DNA of 63,979 nt, the filler included, from Sandaracinaceae bacterium (GTDB lineage: Bacteria; Myxococcota_A; Polyangia; Polyangiales; JADJQN01): assembly GCA_947483975.1 (NCBI GenBank). It is 8 parts of 8 records of this genome, joined end to end, with 100 filler letters (N's around TTAATTAATTAA, not from the genome) between each part and the next. Parts side by side here need not be neighbours in the genome. Positions count along the whole stretch, not along the records: positions 24,285 to 32,245 come from CANKOL010000253.1; positions 32,346 to 40,279 come from CANKOL010000254.1; positions 40,380 to 48,220 come from CANKOL010000255.1; 5 more parts are not named here. The stretch is one strand, 5' to 3'. Shown piece by piece: positions 29,302-40,380 of this stretch (the stretch's first letter is position 1; each line of letters opens with the position of its first letter). Under the pieces are notes generated by a model, which searched no databases, had not been told where the DNA came from, and saw nothing but the letters and a program-made list of their open reading frames with translations. The translations under genes and the position numbers were made by a program.

Positions 29302-32245
29302 TCAGCGCACGGCGAACGAAGTGTCGCGCGCCTCGGCCTCGTCGGCGCGGCGGCAGAAGCTCGCGAGGTCGGGGTACGCCGCGGGGGCGACGCGCTGGAG
29401 CGGCACGTGCACGGTGCGGTCGATGGTGTAGCTGCCGGCAGCGCGTACCGCGCGCCAGGTGAAGGTCGCGCCTCCGGGCCCGCTCAGGCTGATCGGAGCG
29501 GGCGCGGTCGGGAGCGCCGCGTCGGCCGCGTGGAAGCGGATCGTGATGTGCTCGTCGGTGTCTCCGGCGATCAGCTGCGTCGTCGTGCGCGAGGCGCGCG
29601 AGGCGAACGTCCCGCCGAGCTGCAGCGGAAAGAGCCCGGGGATCAGCCAGTGTCCCGCCGCGCGGCGACCGAGGTCCCCGACGGTGAACGCGTACTTCAC
29701 GACCAGCGGCTGATCGGGCTTCTCCTCGTCGAGGATGTCGATCGAGGTGAGCTCCGCGCCCGGCACGAGCCGCGCGACGTAGCCCTGCTCGAAGCGGCGC
29801 TGCAGCTCGGCGGCGGGGATCTCCTCGAGCTGACCGCGCCAGCCGATCGCGCCGCTGCCGCGGAAGGTCTCGGTGACGTCGACGCGCGCCTGCCCGTCGA
29901 CGCCGAGGTGCACGTCGGCGACGACCTCGTGCAGCTCCCCACCGGCAGGCGCCGCGCTCACGCGCACGCGCGCCGCGCCCGGCGCGATGACGAGGCCCTC
30001 TTGGCCACGGAGGATCGGCGGGACGTAGCCGAACGGCATCCAGCGCTCGCCGCCGGAGATCCACGCCTCGCCGCTCGGCAGCTGCAGGCGCAGGAGCGCG
30101 CTCGCGTAGGTCTCCGCGTCGGCGACGGGCGACTCGGTGATGTCCGCCGCCTTGCTGCGCACGGCGACGAGGTCCGAGGGAATTCCGGCGAGCCCGAAGA
30201 CGTAGCGCAGCACGCGCACTCGATTGCCGGTCTTGGCGGAGAGCATCGCGGGCGCGCTGCCGAAGAACGCGTCCGACGCCTCGACGTTCTCGAGCACCCA
30301 CGCGTAGAGCTTGCGCGCCCTCGCTTCGACGCTCGCGTGCTCGGAGCCGCGCAGGATCGTGCGCACGAGGCGCTCGGCGGAGGGGTCGCGCACGTCGCGG
30401 TCGGCGAGCACGTCGCGCATCCCGTCGACGAAGGCCTCCCACGAGGCGTTCATCGCGACGTTGATGCTCGGGATGAACTCGCGCGCCGCGACGGAGCCGG
30501 GCTCCGGCACGATCGGGCGACTCTCGTGCATCGTGAACGAGAGCACGCGGAGGTCGCCGTCGAAGTGCTCCTCGGCGCGCGGCGCGGGCCCGCGCGGATC
30601 GATGACGATCGGCATATCGCGGGGGACGATGTAGACCTGCGAGGTCGTGTCGAAGGGCACCTCGACGCTCTGGAAGTAGAAGCGATCGCCGATGAAGCCG
30701 CTGGGGAAGCTCGCGGGCGGGTCCTCGAGCATCACGTACTCGCTCTCGACGAAGTCGCCGACGGCGAGGGACGGCAGCGAGATCGTGTCTTTGCCCGCGA
30801 TCTCGTCGGGCTCCATGCGCCGACCGTCCGCCTTGATCGTGTGGAGCGTCAGGATGCGCGCGCCGCCGGGCGGCTGGAACTCGCCGTGCTCGTTGACCGC
30901 CTCGTCGCTCTGCACGCGATAGATCTGGTGCACGAGGTGCATCGCGGAGCCGTCGGGGAAGACGCGCGTCGCGGCGTAGTCGAAGACGAGCACCTGCGGC
31001 TGCGTGTAGACGCGCCCCGAGGCGAGGAACGCCGTCAGGATCGCGGCGCCGTCCTTGCGGTACGGCGCGAGGTCGTCGAGGCCGCCGATCGCGCGGCGCA
31101 CGCGGCGCAGCTCGCCCATCGAGGCGGGCTCGCGCGCGAGCGCGTCGTCGAGCACCTGGCGCGCCTGCACGGCGTCGCCCGCGGCGAGCAGTCGGTCCGC
31201 GCGGTTGAGCGGCGCGAACGGCGAGAGCGGGCTCTCGGCGGCGATCTCGCTGAGCTTGCGCTCGACCGCCGCGTCGTCGCCGCGCTGCTGCGCTAGCTCG
31301 AGCTCCGCCGTGAGGAAGCCGAGCTTGTTCTGGCGCGGCTCGAACGTGGCGAGGCGCGTGAGCTCCGTCGCGGCGGCGTCCCAGTGGCGCTGATCGAGGA
31401 GCTGCTGATAGCGGACGTTGGTGCGCGCGTCGCAGGCGATGAGCCCATCGGTCATGCCCCACGCCTCGGTGTGCCGGTCCCGGCGGCGAGCGGCGTCGTA
31501 GAGCCCGCGCTGCACGGCGCAGGCGCCCGGCACGGCGACGGCGGCGCGGCGAATGGCATCGTCGGCGTCGGACATCCAGCCCTTGGACTGATAGAGGTCG
31601 GCGAGCGTCAGGTAGAAGCCGAGGACGCCCGGGAAGCGGTCCGCGCCGATGCGCACGACGCCGATCGCCTCGACCGCGCGGCCATCCGCGGCGTCGAGGC
31701 GCGCCATCTGCAGCACGGGATACCAGAGGTTCGGATCGCGGCGCAGCGCGCGGCGCAGCATCGCGCGGGCGTCATCGCGACGCACCTCGCTCGGCACGAG
31801 CGGATCACCGAGCGCGATCGCCGCGCGCACGACGAGCCAGGGGGCGGTGGCGCCCTCGGCTGCTGCGATCGGCTGCGCGATCTCGCGTGCGGCGACGACG
31901 TCCCCGTGCGCGATCGCGAGCGTCGTCGCGAGGTACTGCTCGAGCGGGCGCCCCGCGAGGTCCGCGGGGAGGTGCGCGTCGTCCGCCGCGACGGCGGGCG
32001 AGATCGCGATGACGAGGATCGGGTTCGGATGCCGCGACGTGAGCTTGACCTCGAGCTCGTGCTCGCCCGCCGTCAGCTCGAGCGCGTGGAAGGTCGTGCG
32101 CGGCACGGGCTCGCTGCGCGCGTCGAGGCGCGCGACGCTCGCGCCGTCGACGAAGAGCTCGACGCTGTTCGGCGTCTCGAGCCGCACGATGTAGCGACCC
32201 GCGCGCGTGATCGTCGTGTGCGCCTCGGCGATGGTCGTACCGCCG
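29302..32245 (-). CDS. Large TPR + DUF3857/transglutaminase-like protein (5' truncated)
   Basis: TPR helices, HTIKADG, SLPSLAVGDFVE, LYAWVLENV, C-terminal YPDLASFCRRAD. Confidence 0.8.
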
Positions 32246-32345
32246 NNNNNNNNNNNNNNNNNNNNNNNNNNNNNNNNNNNNNNNNNNNNTTAATTAATTA
32301 ANNNNNNNNNNNNNNNNNNNNNNNNNNNNNNNNNNNNNNNNNNNN

Positions 32346-32451
32346 CTCCGTGACGTTCGCGCTCGCGCTGCTCGGGCTCGCGGGGCTGCGCGCTCGGCGA
32401 GGCGCGCGGCGCTCAGCACCCGGCGAGCGCGGCGCGACGGGGGTGCGCTGA
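32346..32451 (+). CDS. C-terminal end of a surface protein with a MYXO-CTERM-like anchor
   Basis: FALALLGLAGLRARRGARR (TM plus basic tail); TGATG overlap with the next gene. Confidence 0.55.
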
Positions 32452-33983
32452 TGTTCGCGCGCTCCCGCTTCGATCGCGCCTCTCACCAGGCGCTCCTGCT
32501 CGGACTCCTCGGCGCGCTGCTCGCGCTCACCGGCTGCCACGAGGACGCCTACTGCGTCGGGCACTGCGGCGATGCGTCGGTCGACGCCGGCGACGCCGCG
32601 ACGTCGGACGCCGACACCGACGACGCGAGCCCGCCCGACCTCGGCCCGCCGCCGTGCACGCCGACGGGCGACGAGGTCTGCAACGGGCTCGACGACGACT
32701 GCGACGCACTGATCGACGAGGACTTCGATCTGCAGACCAACCCGCGCAACTGCGGCGCGTGCGACCACACCTGCCAGGCGCTCAACGCCGACGTCAGCTG
32801 CGTCGCCGCCGAGTGTGTCGTGACGGGCTGCCTCGAGGGCTTCGCGGACCTCGATCCGACCACATCAGACTGCGAGTACCGCTGCCCCGTGTTCCCCGCG
32901 GCGACGGAGCTCTGCAACGGCGTCGACGACGACTGCGACGGACTGATCGACGAGGCGGCCGAGCTTCCGCCGCCGCCCGCGGACCTCTGCCGCACGACGC
33001 CCGGCACGCCCTGCGCCGCGGCGCGCCCCGTCTGCACGACGCGCGGCACCGTCACCTCGTGGTTCTGCGACTACGGCGCGGGCGTCGAGTTCGACCCGTC
33101 CGTGCCCAACGGCATCGTGCTCGAGGAGTCGCTCTGCAACGGCGCCGACGGCGACTGCGACGGCATCGCCGACGACCCCTTCACCACCCTCGGCGGCGCG
33201 TGCGACGACGGCGGGCGCGGCGCGTGCCGCGATCAGGGCGTGCTCCGCTGCGACCCCGCCGACCCCTCGGGCACGGCGTGCGACCTGAGCGCGCTGCCCG
33301 ATCCTGCGCCCGGCGCGCCGTCGGCCGAGGTCTGCAACGGCCTCGACGACGACTGCGACGGCGTCGTCGACAACTCGGACCCCGCCGACCCCGGGCGCAT
33401 CCGCGACGACATGGTGCACGTCGCGCACGGCGGCCTCGACTTCTGGATCTACCGCGACGAGGCCTCGCGCCCCGACGCGACGAGCGCGGCCGTCGGCGTC
33501 TCGAGCGGGCGCGCGTGCGCGAACCCCGGCGTGCGCCCGTGGTCGCGCGTCTCCTACGCCGACGCCGAGGCCGCGTGCGCGGCGGCGGGCAAGCGCCTCT
33601 GCACCGGCGCCGAGTGGGCCGAGGCCTGCGCCGGCGCGAGCGCGCGCACCTACCCATACGGCGGCGCGTACGACGCCGCGACGTGCAACGGCGCCGACTA
33701 CGACTCGACGCCCGGCGGCGCCGTCGATCACGCCGTCGCGCTCACCGGCGCCCTCGCGCTCTGCACCTCGATGGACGGCGTCCTCGACCTCTCCGGCAAC
33801 GTGAAGGAGTGGACGAACGACGCGCGCGGGACCGTCGGCGCACAGACGATCTACGTCGTCCGCGGCGGCTCCTACGAGTCCCCTCAGCTCGGCCTGACCT
33901 GCGGCACGGACCTCTCCCGCGCGACCGCCGACACCCTGCTGCCGACGCTCGGCTTCCGCTGCTGCGGCGACACCGGACCGTGA
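32451..33983 (+). CDS. Lipoprotein with MopE-related repeats and an FGE-sulfatase (SUMF1)-like domain
   Basis: LTGC lipobox; four ExCNGxDDDCDG-type repeats; GKRLCTGAEW, DLSGNVKEW, RGGS, GFRCC. Confidence 0.9.
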   Translation: MFARSRFDRASHQALLLGLLGALLALTGCHEDAYCVGHCGDASVDAGDAATSDADTDDASPPDLGPPPCTPTGDEVCNGLDDDCDALIDEDFDLQTNPRNCGACDHTCQALNADVSCVAAECVVTGCLEGFADLDPTTSDCEYRCPVFPAATELCNGVDDDCDGLIDEAAELPPPPADLCRTTPGTPCAAARPVCTTRGTVTSWFCDYGAGVEFDPSVPNGIVLEESLCNGADGDCDGIADDPFTTLGGACDDGGRGACRDQGVLRCDPADPSGTACDLSALPDPAPGAPSAEVCNGLDDDCDGVVDNSDPADPGRIRDDMVHVAHGGLDFWIYRDEASRPDATSAAVGVSSGRACANPGVRPWSRVSYADAEAACAAAGKRLCTGAEWAEACAGASARTYPYGGAYDAATCNGADYDSTPGGAVDHAVALTGALALCTSMDGVLDLSGNVKEWTNDARGTVGAQTIYVVRGGSYESPQLGLTCGTDLSRATADTLLPTLGFRCCGDTGP

Positions 33984-34007
33984 CGCAGCACGACGAGAAG
34001 GGTCAAC

Positions 34008-35405
34008 TCACCCCTCCGACTCTGCGTCGTCCTCGCTCGCCTTCTTGATCCCGAGCGCGCGCATCTTCTTGTAGAGATGGCTGCGCTCGAGGCCGAGGTC
34101 GGCGGCGGTCTTGGTGATGTGCGACTGATGGTGCTCGAGCGCGCGCAGCACGAGGTCGCGCTCGGCCTCCTCGACCATCTCACGGAGCGGCGTGCCCGGG
34201 CGATACGCGCCGCCGCCCGCCGCGCCCGCGCCGCCCGCCGCCATCGGCAGGAGCGCGCGGGCGTCGCTCTCGACGACGTCGTCGTGCGGCGTGAGGATGA
34301 CGAGGCGCTCGACGAGGTTGCGTAGCTCGCGGACGTTGCCCGGATAGTCGTAGTGCGTCAGCAGGCGCATCGCGCCGTCGGAGAGCGACTTGCCGCGCCG
34401 GTCGTTCGCGGCGCACGCGGCGCGGAGGAAGTGCGCGGCGAGCAGCGGCACATCCTCGCTGCGCTCGCGGAGCGGCGGCACGCGCAGCGGCAGCACGTTG
34501 AGGCGATCGTAGAGGTCCGCGCGGAAGCGCCCCGCCTCGACCTCGGCGGGCAGCGCCTTGTTCGACGCGGCGACGACGCGCACGTCCACCTTGAGCACGT
34601 CGTTGCCGCCGACGCGCTCGATCTCGCCCTCTTGCAGCACGCGCAGCAGCTTCGCCTGCATCGGCGCGGGCATATCGCCCACCTCGTCGAGGAAGAGCGT
34701 CCCGCCCGACGCGCGCTCGAACTTGCCGCGCCGCTGCTTGGTCGCGCCCGTGAACGCGCCCGCCTCGTGCCCGAAGAGCTCGCTCTCGATCAGCTCCGCG
34801 GGCACCGCCGCGCAGTTCAGCTTCTCGAGCGGCCCCTTGGCGCGCTTCGAGCCCTCGTGGATGGCGCGCGCGACGAGCTCTTTGCCGGTGCCGCGCTCGC
34901 CTTGGATCAGCACGGCGGCGTTGGCGCTCGCCGCGAGCGTGATGCGCTCTCGGAGCGCCCGCATCGGCGCGCTGTCGCCGAGCAGCGCGTCGAACACGCC
35001 CGCGCGCTGCTTGAGCTCCTTGTTCTCTTCGCCGAGCTTGTAGAACGCGAGCAGGCGCTCGATCGAGAGCAAGAGCCGCTCGGTGCCGATCGGCTTCTCG
35101 AGGAAGTCGTGGGCGCCGAGCCGCGTCGCCTGCACCGCCGTGTCGATGGTGCCGTGCCCGCTCATCACGATCACGGGCACGTCGTTCTTCTGCGCGCGCA
35201 GCCTGCGCAGCACCTCGATCCCGTCGACGTCGGGCAGGTTCACGTCGAGCAGCACGAGGTCGTACGCGGTCTTGGCGAGCTTCTCGAGGCCGATGGTCGC
35301 GTTGCCGGCGACGTCCACCTCGAAGTCCTCGACGCGCAGCGCGCGCGAGAGCGTGGAGAGGATGTTCTTCTCGTCGTCGACGATCAGGAGCGAGGCGCGC
35401 GGCAT
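34008..35405 (-). CDS. Sigma54-dependent response regulator (NtrC/NtrX type)
   Basis: REC, GERGTGKE, GAFTGA, FLDEVGD, Fis-type HTH. Confidence 0.96.
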   Translation of the reverse strand: MPRASLLIVDDEKNILSTLSRALRVEDFEVDVAGNATIGLEKLAKTAYDLVLLDVNLPDVDGIEVLRRLRAQKNDVPVIVMSGHGTIDTAVQATRLGAHDFLEKPIGTERLLLSIERLLAFYKLGEENKELKQRAGVFDALLGDSAPMRALRERITLAASANAAVLIQGERGTGKELVARAIHEGSKRAKGPLEKLNCAAVPAELIESELFGHEAGAFTGATKQRRGKFERASGGTLFLDEVGDMPAPMQAKLLRVLQEGEIERVGGNDVLKVDVRVVAASNKALPAEVEAGRFRADLYDRLNVLPLRVPPLRERSEDVPLLAAHFLRAACAANDRRGKSLSDGAMRLLTHYDYPGNVRELRNLVERLVILTPHDDVVESDARALLPMAAGGAGAAGGGAYRPGTPLREMVEEAERDLVLRALEHHQSHITKTAADLGLERSHLYKKMRALGIKKASEDDAESEG

Positions 35406-35759
35406 GGCGGCGATGGTAGCGCGGCGCAGACGGCCGTGATCACCAGGCGCCGTCGTAGAACGAAGTGCTCGCGGCGATTCCCGCCGACCAGCGCCCCGAC
35501 TGCGCCTCGCGGCTCACGCGCGGGACGAGCTCGGCGTCCAAGTGCGCCTCGTGGATGGGCGCGGGCTTCTAATGTCGGCCGCGCGGCAGACGATGCTCCG
35601 GTATCTGCACGATCAGGAGACCGGGCAGGCCGCGTGGGACGAGCACGGGGTGCTCCTGTACGCGCACGGCACCGTCGAGCAGTCCGCCCGCACGCCCTGA
35701 GGTCGGAGGGACCCGCTCGGCGCGCCCGACGTAGCGCGCGAGCTTCTCGCAGCGCGCAG

Positions 35760-38441
35760 CTACTCCCGCTCGCTGATGAGGCGGTCGAGCGTGTGCGCGA
35801 GCAGGTCCGCCTGAAAGGGCTTGCTCAAGAAGGCCATCGGCAGCTCGAGGTGCTCGCCCTCCATCACCTGCGCTTCGCCGTAGCCGCTCGCGAGGATCAC
35901 GGGGAAGCCCGGGGCCAGCCGGCGGATCGCCGTCAGGGTCTCCCAGCCGCCCATGCGCGGCATCATCACGTCGCAGAGCACGCAGGCGAGGTCGCGCTGG
36001 TGCGCGCGAAAGACCTCCAGGGCTTCGACCCCGTCGGCCGCCTCGAGCACCGTGAAGCCAGCGCGGCGGAGGACGCGCGCGACGGCCTTGCGCACTGCGG
36101 GCTCGTCGTCCGCGAGCAAGACCGTGCCGCGCGCTGCCCGGGTCGTCGCGACCGCGTCGGAGAGCGTTTCGGCTGCGGCTGCGGCCGCCTCCGCGGGCAG
36201 ATAGACGCGAAACACGCTCCCGCGCCCGACCTCGCTCTCGACCGTGATCACGCCACCGTGCCCGCGCACGATCCCGAGCGCCACGGACAAGCCGAGCCCG
36301 CGGCCCACGAACTTCGTCGTGAAGAACGGGTCGAAGATGGTCTGGAGCTCGGGCGCGGAGATCCCGCTGCCCGTGTCGGCCACCTCCAGATAAGCGTAGG
36401 TGTCCGCGGTCGGGTGCCAGTCCACCGGGAAGCGGCGCGCCGACGGCACCTCCGCCGAGGCGACGACCCCGACGCGGACGCAGACCGTGCCGTGCGTGTC
36501 GGCGCACGCCTCCGCGGCGTTGTTGACTAGATTCCCGAGCACGCGGTGAAGCTCTCCCGCGTTGCCGCGGACGGCCGGGCTGACGTCAGGAAGCGCAGTG
36601 TCGAGCCGAACGCCCGCGGGGAGCGTGTCGCGGAGGAGCGGCAACTGCCGCGCGCAGGCCTCGGCGAGGCTCAGCACCTCGCGCGTGCCGGGGGATTGGC
36701 CGAGATACGCGAGCATCTGCCCGCTGACGTCGGCGGCCTTGCGCCCGGACTGCCGCGCTTCGGTGAGGAGCTCGAACACCTCCGCGTCCCTCGGCAGCGA
36801 GTCGAGGGCGAAGTCGAGGTTCATCATCAGCGCGTGCAGGTGGTTGTTGAAGTGGTGCGCGACCGCCGCCGCCATGCGCCCGAGGCTGTCAGACTTTTGC
36901 ACCTGCCGAGCCTGCGCCTCGAGCGCGGCGCTCTGCGCCTCCGCCGCCTTGCGGGCGGTGACGTCGACGCTGAAGCCGGCGAGCAGGCGCTGCGCGCCGA
37001 GCGTCAGCGGGAACTTGATCGATTCGTAGGTGCGCCCGGCGAGGTCCTCGGTGAAGTTCAGGACGTTTCGGCCGGAGACGACGAGCCAGTCGTCGGCGGT
37101 CATCGACGCGGCGAGGTCGGCCGGGAACAACTCCGACATGGTCTTGCCGACCGCGTCGCGGCCTTCGATCCCGGTCATCTTGACGAAGTTGTGGCTGACG
37201 TGGACGACGCGGCTCTCCGCGGAGCTGACGGCCTTCACGTAGATATGGACAGGCGAGTGCTCGAGCAGCGCGGCGAGCAGCTCGTCGCTGGCGCGCAGGG
37301 CGTCCTCTGCGCGCTGCCGGGCGGCCTCGCGCACGAAGCGGTCCATCGCGAGGTTCACATCGTCCGCGATCTCGAACATCAGCGTGCGCGTCGGCTCGTC
37401 GAAGGGGTCAGCCTCGCGCGAGTAGAGCGTGAGCGCGCCGACCACAGCGCCACCCCGACGAAGCGGCAGCCCGGCCGCGGCGCGCCAGCCCGCGCGCGTG
37501 GCGCGCGCTCGCCATGGCGCCGCCGCAGGGTCCCCCGGGAAGTCGTCGAACCAACTCGGCACGCCCTCGCGGATCGCCGTCCCCGTGGGGCCTCCACCAT
37601 ACAGATCCGCAGCGTTCACCGAGACCTGCAGCCCGCTCAGGTACTCGTCGTGGTCGCGCGAGGACGCGACGACGCGCACCTGCCCGCTGCCAGCGTCCAC
37701 CATCCCGACCCACGCGAGCCCGAAGCCGCCGGACCGCGCGGCCGCCTGGCACACCGCGGGGAAGAGCTCGGCCTCGCTCCGACAGCGCAAGATCGCGTCG
37801 CTGCACTCGCTGCGCGCGGCGTAGAGGCGCGTGAGCCGGGCGTGCGCCTCATCGGCGAGCCTGCGCTCGCTGATGTCGCGGAGCACGCAGCGCAAGACGA
37901 CGGTGCCGTCTGGCTCGTGCGCGACCCCGGCGACGAACGCCACCCAGAGCGGCGTGCCGTCGGCGCGGCGCAGCCGCAGCTCGCAGGCGTCGTCCCGTCC
38001 CGTCGAGAGCACCCGCGCGCGCAGCAGGTAGTAGGCGTCCCGGTCGGTGGCGACGATGACTTGGCTCATCGGCTTCCCTAAAAGCCCAGCGCGCGGCCGC
38101 CCGAGCATCGTGGCCATCGTCAGGTTGGCCCGCACGACCAGGCCAGCTTCGCTCACCGTGACGTAGCCGATGGGAGCGAAGTCGTAGAGGTCGACGAAGT
38201 GCGCGCGCGAGGCGTCGACCTCCGCCTGCCGCTGCCGCAGCTCCTCGTTCTGCAGCTCGAGCTCGATGGCGTAGACGCCGAGCTCGTGGAGCGCGTGAGT
38301 GGCGTCGAGCGGCGCGATGACCTGACGGCCCCTCGCCTGATAGAGCGCCTCGGCTTTCGCGCGGAGGCCCGGCGCGTCGCCCGCAAAGGCGTCCATCGCC
38401 GACTTCACCCGGCCCTCAGCATCCAAGTCGCTCGCGCTCAT
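35760..38441 (-). CDS. Cytoplasmic PAS-GAF-PAS hybrid histidine kinase
   Basis: ELELQNEELR coil, AHHFNN H-box, FDPFFTTK, GLGLS, REC CDVMMP. Confidence 0.93.
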   Translation of the reverse strand: MSASDLDAEGRVKSAMDAFAGDAPGLRAKAEALYQARGRQVIAPLDATHALHELGVYAIELELQNEELRQRQAEVDASRAHFVDLYDFAPIGYVTVSEAGLVVRANLTMATMLGRPRAGLLGKPMSQVIVATDRDAYYLLRARVLSTGRDDACELRLRRADGTPLWVAFVAGVAHEPDGTVVLRCVLRDISERRLADEAHARLTRLYAARSECSDAILRCRSEAELFPAVCQAAARSGGFGLAWVGMVDAGSGQVRVVASSRDHDEYLSGLQVSVNAADLYGGGPTGTAIREGVPSWFDDFPGDPAAAPWRARATRAGWRAAAGLPLRRGGAVVGALTLYSREADPFDEPTRTLMFEIADDVNLAMDRFVREAARQRAEDALRASDELLAALLEHSPVHIYVKAVSSAESRVVHVSHNFVKMTGIEGRDAVGKTMSELFPADLAASMTADDWLVVSGRNVLNFTEDLAGRTYESIKFPLTLGAQRLLAGFSVDVTARKAAEAQSAALEAQARQVQKSDSLGRMAAAVAHHFNNHLHALMMNLDFALDSLPRDAEVFELLTEARQSGRKAADVSGQMLAYLGQSPGTREVLSLAEACARQLPLLRDTLPAGVRLDTALPDVSPAVRGNAGELHRVLGNLVNNAAEACADTHGTVCVRVGVVASAEVPSARRFPVDWHPTADTYAYLEVADTGSGISAPELQTIFDPFFTTKFVGRGLGLSVALGIVRGHGGVITVESEVGRGSVFRVYLPAEAAAAAAETLSDAVATTRAARGTVLLADDEPAVRKAVARVLRRAGFTVLEAADGVEALEVFRAHQRDLACVLCDVMMPRMGGWETLTAIRRLAPGFPVILASGYGEAQVMEGEHLELPMAFLSKPFQADLLAHTLDRLISERE

Positions 38442-38547
38442 CGCACACCTCTCCTACGGCCAAGCGATCCGGCCTGCTGCAGCGCGCGCGACAACCTCGT
38501 CGCCGCCGCACCGTAGCCGAAGCGCGCCCCCCTCGCCTGCTCCGTGC

Positions 38548-39360
38548 TCACCGACAGCGTCGCTCGGCGCGGTCGCAGAGGAACGCCGCGACCGAGCCGC
38601 CGTACTCGCCTTCGTCGGCGTAACTCCAGCGCTGCTCGAGCACGAGATAGCGCCCCCCGGGGAGGACGTAGGCGCGGAACGCGGAGTCGCCGGCCGGCTG
38701 ATCCTCGCTGACCGGACCGAGCGGCGCGAAGGCCTCGCCGCGCCCGAAGCGCACGTCGAAGCGGTCCGTGAAGCGCTCTGCGCCCTGCTGCTCGGGTGAC
38801 GCCGTCTGCGTCGTGGTCCAGCGCACCGCCGCGCCATCACCCCACTCACGCGCGACGCCCGGGTGCAGCGGCTCCCCGAGGACGCCGAGGGGCGCGTAGC
38901 CGCCCGCGTCGAGCGCCGCCTGCAGCGCCGCGAGCGTCGGCGCAGGCAGGGGCGAGGTCGCGGGGTCCCCCGAGTCGCTCGCCGCCGTCGCGGCGTCGAG
39001 GAGGGGCAGAGGCTGCGCGCTCGAGTCGCCGAGGAACTCCACGACGTAGCGCCGCGGCACCGTTGCGTCGGTGGTGTCGGGCGTGTTCGCGCCGTAATAC
39101 CCGGTCACGCAGGCGGCGGCGTGTCGCGCCTCGGACCACGCGAAACAGCCCCACGCGAGCGGTGCGTTGGGCGCGAGCGTCAGGGCGCGCGGCGGAGCGC
39201 TCGGCTCGCGCGGCGCAGGGCTTGGTTGATCGGGCGCGGCGCCTGTCCGCGCTTGCGGCTCGAGCGTGCCGGCTGTGCCTCCGCAGGCAGCGAGGCTCGC
39301 GAGCGCCAGCGCGCAGCGGGCGCGCAGGACGCGTGAAGCACGGGTACGCAGAGCTCGCAT
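38548..39360 (-). CDS. Hypothetical lipoprotein
   Basis: LALASLAAC lipobox; GC3-rich frame. Confidence 0.7.
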   Translation of the reverse strand: MRALRTRASRVLRARCALALASLAACGGTAGTLEPQARTGAAPDQPSPAPREPSAPPRALTLAPNAPLAWGCFAWSEARHAAACVTGYYGANTPDTTDATVPRRYVVEFLGDSSAQPLPLLDAATAASDSGDPATSPLPAPTLAALQAALDAGGYAPLGVLGEPLHPGVAREWGDGAAVRWTTTQTASPEQQGAERFTDRFDVRFGRGEAFAPLGPVSEDQPAGDSAFRAYVLPGGRYLVLEQRWSYADEGEYGGSVAAFLCDRAERRCR

Positions 39361-39427
39361 CGAGCGGGCGAGCCTAGGGGCGCGTCCCCGAAAGCACAAC
39401 CGCGACCTGCCCCTCGGCGCGTGTACG

Positions 39428-39919
39428 ATGCGCGAGATGCGCGCAGAGGACGTCGTCGAGCAGCTCGGGCTGAGCCCCCACCCGGAGGGCGGCTTCTATC
39501 GCGAGGTGTTCCGGGATGCGGCGCTCGTCGCGCACCCCGTGCACGGCGCGCCGCGGGCTGCGCTGACGAGCATCTATTTTTTGCTGCCGGCGGGGACGTT
39601 CTCGGCGCTCCATCGGGTCGCGCAGACGGAGGTCTGGCTGCACCTCGCCGGCGACCCCGTCGAGCTGCACGTCTTCGAGCGCGGCGCGCACGCGAGCGTG
39701 CTCCTCGGCGCGGACCTCGCCGCGGGGCAGCGCCCGCAGCACGCCGTGCCCGCGCACGCCTGGCAAGCCGCCGTGCCGCGCGGGCACGCGTGGTCGCTCT
39801 GCGGCTGCACCGTCGCGCCGGGCTTCGACTTCGCGGACTTCGAGCTGCCGCCGCGCGAGACGATGCTGCGCGAGCTGCCCGCGCACGCGGCGCTCGTCGA
39901 GCGGCTGACGCGCGCCTGA
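39428..39919 (+). CDS. Cupin_5/DUF985 family protein
   Basis: LSPHPEGGFYRE, TSIYFLL, CTVAPGFDFADFEL. Confidence 0.93.
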   Translation: MREMRAEDVVEQLGLSPHPEGGFYREVFRDAALVAHPVHGAPRAALTSIYFLLPAGTFSALHRVAQTEVWLHLAGDPVELHVFERGAHASVLLGADLAAGQRPQHAVPAHAWQAAVPRGHAWSLCGCTVAPGFDFADFELPPRETMLRELPAHAALVERLTRA

Positions 39920-40001
39920 GCCCGGTGCGTAGGAGTCGGCGCTCTGTGTTCGGGCACACACGCCCGGCTTTCGCGCGGTCCTCGGGCTAGAGTGCGGCTC
40001 C

Positions 40002-40279
40002 GTGGACGAACTCGACCTCGACACTCTGCTCACCGAGCTCACGCACTCGAGCGACGCGGTCGCGGTCGCGCGGCTCAGCAAGCTCGGCGCGAACGGCGAC
40101 GCGCGCACCGTCGCGCCGCTCGTCTCCGTCGCGACCGATCTGCGCGTGTCGCCGCGCGTCGTCGCGAGCGCCTGGGAGGCGGTCGGCGCGATCGCCAAGC
40201 GCCGCGGGTTGCCGGGCGCGCAGCGGCTCGGCGCGTCGGCGGACGGTGAGGTCGAGGTGCGGGTGCCGCGGATCGGCGA
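40002..40279 (+). CDS. Hypothetical helical (HEAT-like) protein, 3' truncated
   Basis: GC3-rich ORF open to the contig end. Confidence 0.5.
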
Positions 40280-40380
40280 NNNNNNNNNNNNNNNNNNNNN
40301 NNNNNNNNNNNNNNNNNNNNNNNTTAATTAATTAANNNNNNNNNNNNNNNNNNNNNNNNNNNNNNNNNNNNNNNNNNNNC

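Noticed and set aside
28271..31462. 1063-aa Arg-rich ORF and many similar long overlapping or antisense ORFs
   Set aside because: Shadow frames of high-GC genes, with no motifs.
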